The notes beneath the pieces were generated by a model, which saw only the letters and a program-made list of their open reading frames with translations, was not told the origin of the DNA and did no database searches. A DNA stretch of 64,000 bases from Octopus vulgaris. Its lineage: Eukaryota. A program made the position numbers and the translations under genes. Shown here one piece after another: positions 55,979-64,000 of the stretch (its first letter is position 1; each line of letters starts with the position of its first letter). The DNA lies in NCBI GenBank assembly GCA_951406725.2, contig OX597814.1:124558001-124622000 (forward strand). Reading direction: 5' to 3'.

Positions 55979-58032
55979 TCTGTTAAATATCAATAAAAAT
56001 ATATATACTCATTTTTTGACTTCTACTTTTTCTGTTTGCATCAATATACCTGTATATATATATATATATATATAAAAGTAATCTTCGAGAAAGAGTGGTG
56101 AAATTATCTCAAATCACACCCTACCGTCTTAAATATAGAAAAACTGCCATATGGAGAAGCTCTTGTGTTCTAAATTAAGCAGTTCACGATACATTGCCCT
56201 CACAAAAAAAGCCATGACTGGGCGCCTTTCATTATATACTTCTACTCGAACAGGTTCTGCCTTCCATTAAACAACAATATCAATAACAGAAGTAGCAGTA
56301 ACAACAACGGCAAGACGTTTCGGTCAAGTTAACATCATCATAACGAGTATGCAGCCAATTTCAGAGTAATTTTCCGTACTATTTCCTGTCCTGATATATG
56401 AGATGGAAGATATTTACAGTGCGTAGCCGTGTACAAATTTTATCTTGATCACTGAATGGTCATGATTTATACCGACTTCACTTTAAATGACAATGCAGTC
56501 ACGAACAAGTGAATCTGCAAAGCGGATTCACTTGATTGTGAGTTATATGTGTGTTTAAGCATGTATATGCTTGTAGATATAAGTATACACGTCGATAAGC
56601 GTATCGTTATAGTGGGTATGTATATATGTGTGTTACGCTGTATGCACACACACGCACACACACGCACATACACATATACTCATAGGTATATGTGTACTCA
56701 TATGTATATATGTTTGGATAAGCTTGAATGCGTGATGTACAAATGTGTGCCCCTGTGTGTGTGTGTGTGTAATAGTGCACATGCATATAAGTATGTGTGT
56801 AAATATATATGTACGTGCTTAGGGAAGCTTAAATATGGTGTGTGAATGGGAATGATATACACGTGCGCACGTGTGTCTAAGTGTGTAAGTGTATTGGCAT
56901 ATGCATGCATTTAGGTAGGTATGCGTGTATCTACATCGGTGTGTGTGTGGATGTGTGTGGTGTAATAATATATATGAATAAGTGTGTGTGTATGTGTGTT
57001 TATCTATGTATGTGTATGCGTTTAGGAGGCTACGTGTGTTTGCTTATGTATATAAATGCATGTACGGGTGTGTTGTAATAATGTGTGCACGTCTGAGTGT
57101 GCAAGAGTGTGTACTTGTATAATTATATCCTTTTTAGAGGTATATGCTTAGGTGCGTACGCGTGTATGCTTTCATGTATATGCATATGTGTGTGTGAATG
57201 TGCGTGATGTCGTAATACGTACACATGCATGTGTGTATGTGTGTAAGCGTGTGTCTGTAAATAGGTACGTGTATGAATTCCGGTAGGTGCGCTTGCATTT
57301 TTGCATGTAAACATATATTTGTGTACACATGTCTAACGTAATAACAGTTATACGGGCGTACGCGTATGTAAAAGCCTGCTTTTAAGTAATTACTCAATGT
57401 TCGCTTAGTATATATATATATATATATATTACATAAACCGGATACTCATCACTCAAACTAAATAGAAATATTTTACATATAATGAAAATATTTATTTTGG
57501 CTTTTTTGTCTCAGCAAAATATAATTTTAGAAAAAGTGCTCCAGGAATTCTACCCCATCACACACCACTTTCTCTCCATCTCTTTTGCTCTGTTTCCTGT
57601 CTTTCTGTTTATTTTTTTCATTCCCTTTTATCTCCCATCTGTCTGTCTGTCTGTCTCTCCTTCTCCCCTCCTTTTATGCTATATCTATCTACCTCTTTCT
57701 CTCCCTCCCATTTTCAATCTTTTTCACTCCCTTCCTTGTTTTTTTCTCTCTTACCTGTCTTTTACTATTCCTTCATCTTTTCTTTTTTCTTTTCTATCTG
57801 TCTCTCTCTGTCTGTTTGTCTCTTTCTCCCCCTGCATCATTGTTATCTATGTTATTACAACATCAATTTCACTTAGTTGCCGTTACTGTCAATACTAGCC
57901 TACAGTCTACGCTAACATTTAGATCTTGACTGCCTTGATAACTTTATGAAACGCTTCAATTGTTCTACACGAACAGCTCAGTCAAACGGTGCTGACATTA
58001 TCATTGCTTCTTCATTAACCTTTAAGTGAAAT

Positions 58033-58086
<54 letters not shown>

Positions 58087-58267
58087 AAGCTCACAAACGT
58101 CATCCATTGTTCTATTATCTTTTAAAAATGTAACATTTCCAAAGTAATCACACAGATAGACGAACAGCGTATTCACACAGAGAAAAATATACATATAAAT
58201 ACATACACACACCTATGTGTATATATATATATATACACATACACACAAACACACACATACACGCATG

Positions 58268-58303
<36 letters not shown>

Positions 58304-58376
58304 TATACATGTAGATATATATGTATATACATACACTTGAATGTATGTTTACATGAATGAATGTATGTTCGTTTTA

Positions 58377-58437
58377 GTCGGCTACTATTGTCACCCTGAT
58401 ACCATGTTGCACAGAGATCAGGTGTTCTTCAGATGAC
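58377..58437 (-). ncRNA. Decayed hammerhead motif
   Basis: Minus: CTGAAGA, stem CCTGAT/ATCAGG, GACA instead of GAAA, ATAG-TA, partial stem I GTC/GAC. Confidence 0.4.
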
Positions 58438-58629
58438 ATTTTAAAGAAGAGAGTGTTAAGAATAAACGTCAATGACCTCAATGAATAACACTGATATTCC
58501 AAAAGAGCGAGCCGCGTTTTGAACTCATTTGTATAGCTTACAAGATATAATTGCTATGTGGTATGACATTACGATAGGATTTGGATTTTTCTCTTTTATT
58601 CAATATTTCAAGATATTGCATTAATATAT

Positions 58630-59215
58630 AGCACTTCCCGCTATGGTCACCCACCAGTGTGAAATTAACTACGGAACTTGAAGCAATCTAGAGAAGATTC
58701 ACAAAGAAGATCGTCTCTTTGCAACTGCTCAGCTGCTGGGAAAGGCTGAAACAGCTAAGACGCTACTCCCTGGAGAGAATGCAGGAGAGGTATGCAGTAA
58801 TATACATCTGGAAGATCCTGGAAGGAATTGTGCCAAATTTTGGCATTGAAAGCTACACCAATGCCAGAACGGGACGGCACTGCATAGTGCCAAAGATCCC
58901 AGTAACGCCATCGCACTTCAGGACCAGTTACTGCAACAGCCTGGGTTTCAAGGGCCCACAACTTTTTAATATTCTCCCAAAGAGCCTGACGAACCTGCAC
59001 AAAGTAGATGTAGGCCTTTTTAAACCAAAGCTGGACCTCTTCCTGTCGAGAGTCCCAGATGAACTTACATCACGGCAAGAGGTCTAAATGAGGGTAGCTA
59101 TATCAAACTCCATTCTTCACCAAGTGCGACATATTGGAGGAGGCTCTCAGGAATAATAGTGTAGCAAAACGGCGGTGCATCAGCATGGCCGCAGCTCTGA
59201 GGTGAAACTACAGAA
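58630..59215 (+). mobile_element. CR1-like LINE 3' end with 3' UTR
   Basis: LWSP...RRFTK...WERLKQLRRYSLERMQERYAVIYIWKILEG...GPQLFNILP...FKPKLDLFLSRVPDE. Confidence 0.9.
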
Positions 59216-59313
59216 AAAGAAATTCTCTGTGGAACAGAGTTGGCAACTTTTTTGTCCATTTATACAAACAGTGGTATGCTAAGTGATTGACCATTTAGTA
59301 TTTATCTTTTACA

Positions 59314-59469
59314 CAGTGCCGTCTGAAGGCATGGAACCACTGGGCAGTTGACTGGAAACGTCATATGTCAAGGACCTTAATGCTAATATATGTATTCTGT
59401 AGATGTTTATGTAGGGGCTCCGGTGAATATATTTGCGTAGGGACCTGTAGTGTTGTTAAGACGGCTCCG
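59314..59469. mobile_element. Possible MITE
   Basis: Imperfect TIRs CAGTGCCGTCT / AGACGGCTCCG (9/11). Confidence 0.3.
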
Positions 59470-59994
59470 CCCTCGCGTAAAAAACCCGACCATTGTGTGT
59501 ATATATATATATATGCACACACATACGAACTCGCATGCACACACACACACACACATGAGTGTGTGTCAGTGTGTCTCTGTGTTTTTATGTAAATATCTTT
59601 CACGTGAATACCATTCACTATCTATAATTTTCACACTCAAATATTGGCCTTTCATAGTTTATCTTTAAATCTCATCACCAGATTAGATGATATTTATATA
59701 TTTCAAAGATCTATTGTAATTTACTTGAAGCATTGCAATTGTGTAAATGATATAAAATCTTGTGAAAACCTTTGAGCAATGCAGGTGATAAATTATCAAA
59801 ATATGTAAGGTGATGTCAATAAATGAAAAAAGAGAAAGTCGTATTACCTTACAAGGGCTGTTTACTGATCTTATAACATTTCGGTAAAAAATTCTCTTTG
59901 TAAATAAAAGACACAAAATAATCATGTCTCTGAATTCTTGGCTTATTTTCTATCTTCTATATGAACAGGAAGAATGTTTCCCGAAATATTATTA

Positions 59995-60310
59995 TAAGAT
60001 ATTAAACAACCTATATGCATTATACTAAAAGTTCAACCATCTAGTATCTATGCATTTCATACACAACAGTTGACCATTCTATATTTATGCATTTCTTGAT
60101 AAACACTTGAACATTCATTATCCATACTACTAACAATTGACCATTCAATATTTTTGTCTTTCCTACTCAATTATTATCGATTTAACATGTATTTCGTACT
60201 CAACGATTGACAATCCAATTTTCTTCAACCAACGACTCAATATTCAACAATTGCATTTCTGTAACTATATAATTCTTACTCAATGACTAAGTATTCAATA
60301 TCGTTGCTAG
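59995..60310. repeat. Degenerate ~35-bp minisatellite (CAACAATTGACCATTCAATAT...)
   Basis: CAAC/TTGAC/CATT motifs recur at ~35-nt spacing. Confidence 0.65.
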
Positions 60311-61245
60311 TCCATACTATTTATCTAGATTTGGTTATAACCATCTCTTTCCCTCACACTTCAAAGTAAACTTTGGTTAAGTAATCTACCCTTGAAACAA
60401 CCTGCGCTCATTCCAATGTAAATTATTTCACTTTTCCCTACTCTCTCAGCTTATGAATTCAGTTATGCCATTGATCGAACGAACAATTTTACACCGTTTT
60501 GCAATTTCTATCACACTATCTGACCCTGGAATCGCTATTATTGAATGGCTTCTAGTATTTGTGGATATCGTCAAAACGCTTTCCAGATTAATTCCAAGAA
60601 ATTCCTAACCAACCTCATATTAAATTTCTACTGAACAGTGGATTGGAAACAATGATATTCAATATTCTGGATTTGCTATAGGGCTGCTCACACGCATGAG
60701 TAAGAATTTAATCTTCTTAAGCATGTTTCTTTCTAAGATGCTGCTCTAATAATTAGCAGGTTTATATACTGAGTAGATATTAGATTCCCTATCATTTATA
60801 TATACATACATACATTCATAGATTCATGCATACGTACGTACATACATACATACACGTACACATACATACATACATACATACATACATACATACATACATA
60901 CATACATACATTCATGCATGCATGGTTGCTTACATACATTCATGCATACATATATATATATATATATATATACACATACATGCGTGCATGCATACACAAG
61001 CAAACACGCATATACGCAGTAATTCGACATTTCATAAAGGTTTTATTTTCTAGTGCTTCAATCTAATATTATATCTAGAAAATTAACCATCGTGAGGTGG
61101 TAATAACTGTAATCTATCTATGTATACATGTATGTATGTATGTATGTATGTATGTATGTATGTATGTATGTATGTATGTATGTATGTATGTATTTATTTA
61201 TTTATTTATGTATGTATGTATGAACACACACATACATAGATGCAT

Positions 61246-61293
<48 letters not shown>

Positions 61294-61295
61294 GT

Positions 61296-61326
<31 letters not shown>

Positions 61327-61929
61327 CATACAGATATATATTTATATACGCACATATGCACACACGCGCATACAGACACACAGACATAAACACACACACA
61401 TGCATATACATACACACACATATATATATATAGTGAGAGAGAGCGAGAGAAAGAGGGAGAGAGTATACGAGAAATGCATATGTGTGTGTGCTTGATGTCT
61501 CTGTGTGAGCAGAATATCCCTCTGCATAGATTGGTGAAGGAGGGTTGTTTGAAATGCAGGTTGTCAAAAACAATGCCTGTCAAAATGATGAATGAATCCT
61601 GTCTTGGGTCAACGACAGTCAATCGATTGCGAGGGGAACTTAGGAATTCTGAAATGGTGTCCGCTGCCCTCAAAGGCAATTTAAGAAACTCTGAACGAAG
61701 AAAACAACGTTTTATACAACATTGAACCCGATGTGGTTGATTTAAGACGTGTTAAAGTACACACCTCTGTCTTAACTTTCGACACCCTGGACATCGTAAC
61801 CGAAATAAATATAATTGTGTTAGACATAAATGTGCATCTCTTCTAGTTAATCTGTAGAATAATTCAATTGGACACAGTTTTATGCCAGAACATTTTGTTG
61901 CCCTTTCGTCTGTCTTCTCGGATTTCTAA

Positions 61930-62900
61930 AGATGTAATATGTCGTTTGTAGTACATTAACGACCGATCTCTCATCTCATAACATTAAAGCATTTAACTAG
62001 TGATCAAGTAAAGAGCAACTGATTTCCTAGAAAGGAACAATCTTCTAAATCTTAACCAGTATGGTTCTTGAAGTAGATGAGGTAGCTTATCAAGACTGCT
62101 ACTCCATTTTAATAACGTTTTAAATGTTCTAGTAGAAGGCTCAAACGCAGAATAGTCAATCGCTGTGTTTCCAGGCTACTAGTGTTAGTCTCACTTCTGT
62201 TCATTATATAAATGAAAGAGCAAATCAAATCGAACTTGATGCTGAATTCCAGAAATACACTAACAGAAATGCACCAACAAAGTGGGCGACGGGACAGATC
62301 TTCACTCTCATCTATGAACTGTAATACAATTGACGGAAGAAGTATACTGCTCAACAAGGGAACATTTGAACTCATCCTCATCGAAAAAGAAGCTATGAGT
62401 AAACAGTCAGGGCAGTCTCAAGTGTCCTCATATACTGTCAGAAATTTAAAGGTAACTGTCGACAAGAATCTAAGCCTGAACGTCCACATCAGTAATAAAG
62501 TCAACATAGTTCGTAGGTTGCTCTCTCGGATCCTTTTCAGCTTCTCAGTTTAGAGATCTTAATGGGGCGGTGAGCTGGCAGAATTGTTAGCACGCCGGGT
62601 GAAATGCTTAGTGGTATTTTGTCTGTCTCTTTCGTTCTGAAGTTCAAATTCCGCCGAGGTCGACTTTGCCCTTTATCATTTTGGGGTCGATAAATTAAGT
62701 ACTATTTGCGTACTGGGGTCGATCTAATCGATTGCCCCACCCTCACCACAAATTTCGGACCTTGTACCTAGAACAGAAAAGAACTTAGAGATCTTAATGT
62801 CATGATCCTTTTGTTATATCCTTGCTTAAGCTAAACTTGGATACTGTTGCTTGTATGACCCTCTATACCAAACAAAATATGAGAAATGAAATAAAAAAAC
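61930..62900 (+). mobile_element. Decayed CR1-like LINE fragment interrupted by SINE C
   Basis: VRNLKVTVDKNLSLNVHISNKV...ILFSF then RDLNVMILL...KLGYCC. Confidence 0.7.
62565..62784 (+). mobile_element. SINE family C (variant tail) with 15-bp TSD
   Basis: TTAGAGATCTTAATG at 62550-62564 and 62785-62799. Confidence 0.92.
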
Positions 62901-63025
62901 ACTAGTAGTCTATTACAAAAAATATAGAAATAAAATGTTAATAATTAAGTGCAGGCATTGCTGGAAACTATGTGGTTTCGGATTCAGTTATACCGCACTG
63001 CACTCAAGAAAGTAACTTCCACATA

Positions 63026-63522
63026 GGCGCAGGAGTGGGTGTGTGGTAAGTAGCTTGCTTACCAACCATATGGTTCCCGGTTCAGTCCCACTGCGTGGCA
63101 CCTTGGGCAAGTGTCTTCTACTATAGCCTCGGGCCCACCATAGCCTTGTGAGTGGATTTGGTAGATGGAAACTGAAACAAATCCGTCGTATGTGTGTGTG
63201 TGTGTTTGTGTTCATCCCCCACCATCGATTGACAACCGATGTTAGTGTGTTTACACCCCACTTTATATATAGTGAGAATTTACAATAAGCAAAAGACGAA
63301 GACGGGTATGTAAACAACAAACAGCTGTCCCTTCGATGTACGGGCCTTCGTGGCCAATTTCATGAAATAAAGAAGATTGCTTCCTAACTACATGGTTCCA
63401 GGTTCAGTCCCACTGCGTGGCACCTTGCACAAATGTCTTCTACTAAGCCTCGGGCCGAACAAAGCCTTGTGAATGGATTTGGTAGACGGAAACTGAAAGA
63501 AGCCCGTAGTGTGTCGTATATT

Positions 63523-63556
<34 letters not shown>

Positions 63557-63639
63557 TGTGTGTGGCTTGACTAAAAGGTGGTGCTCCATCATGGCGAAGT
63601 CAAATAACTGAACCAAGTAAAAGAATAGTATGTGTGTGC

Positions 63640-63695
<56 letters not shown>

Positions 63696-63905
63696 CAGTT
63701 GCTCTATTTCTGTTTGTTTGCCTCACGGCTTGACAGCCCGTGTTGGTTTGTTTACATCCAGATAAATTAGTGGGTTGATAAATCAGACCGATATAATAAG
63801 TATTAGATTTAAAAAGCATGTACTGGGGTCGATGTATTCGTCTAAATCCTTCAAAGCAGTGTTCCAGCGTGGCCGCACTCCAGTAGATTGAGCAAGTCAA
63901 AGATA
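63026..63905 (+). mobile_element. Cluster of partial SINE family A copies
   Basis: Head copy at 63026-63260, second copy ~63370-63625, diverged tail ~63700-63905. Confidence 0.85.
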
Positions 63906-64000
63906 AATACAAATAATTTAATAAATAGCACGGCAAGCCCTACCTTCGCCTCAGCAAATTCGTGCTTTTGTCACTTCCAACGCCAGCGTAAGCGCCATAT

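Overview
AT-rich, microsatellite-saturated eukaryotic genomic DNA. The SINE and repeat content points to an octopus (coleoid cephalopod); this is inferred from recognition, not from a database search. Almost all ORFs in the supplied track are translations of microsatellites. Real gene content is sparse: two phase-0 minus-strand exons of a C20orf96/DUF4618-like coiled-coil gene (50564-50641, 39712-39813) and a decayed OATP/SLCO-like exon remnant on + (~6074-6330). The rest is layered transposon debris: several tRNA-derived SINE families, R4/Dong-like, CR1-like, Tx1-like and RTE-like LINE fragments, a Ty3/gypsy relic and LTRs, two Buster/Charlie-type hAT relics, a complete non-autonomous Helitron and a mariner fragment. 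The most interesting signal is a dispersed set of more than a dozen minimal type I hammerhead-ribozyme motifs or relics from several unrelated short element families. Four fold completely, and three of those carry non-canonical cores (A3-U8, U3-A8, U6). Most lie ~50-100 nt upstream of a microsatellite, and several sit in head-to-head inverted pairs. This is consistent with Penelope-like pLTR or retrozyme-type non-autonomous elements that insert into microsatellites. All structures were folded by eye; no activity has been shown.
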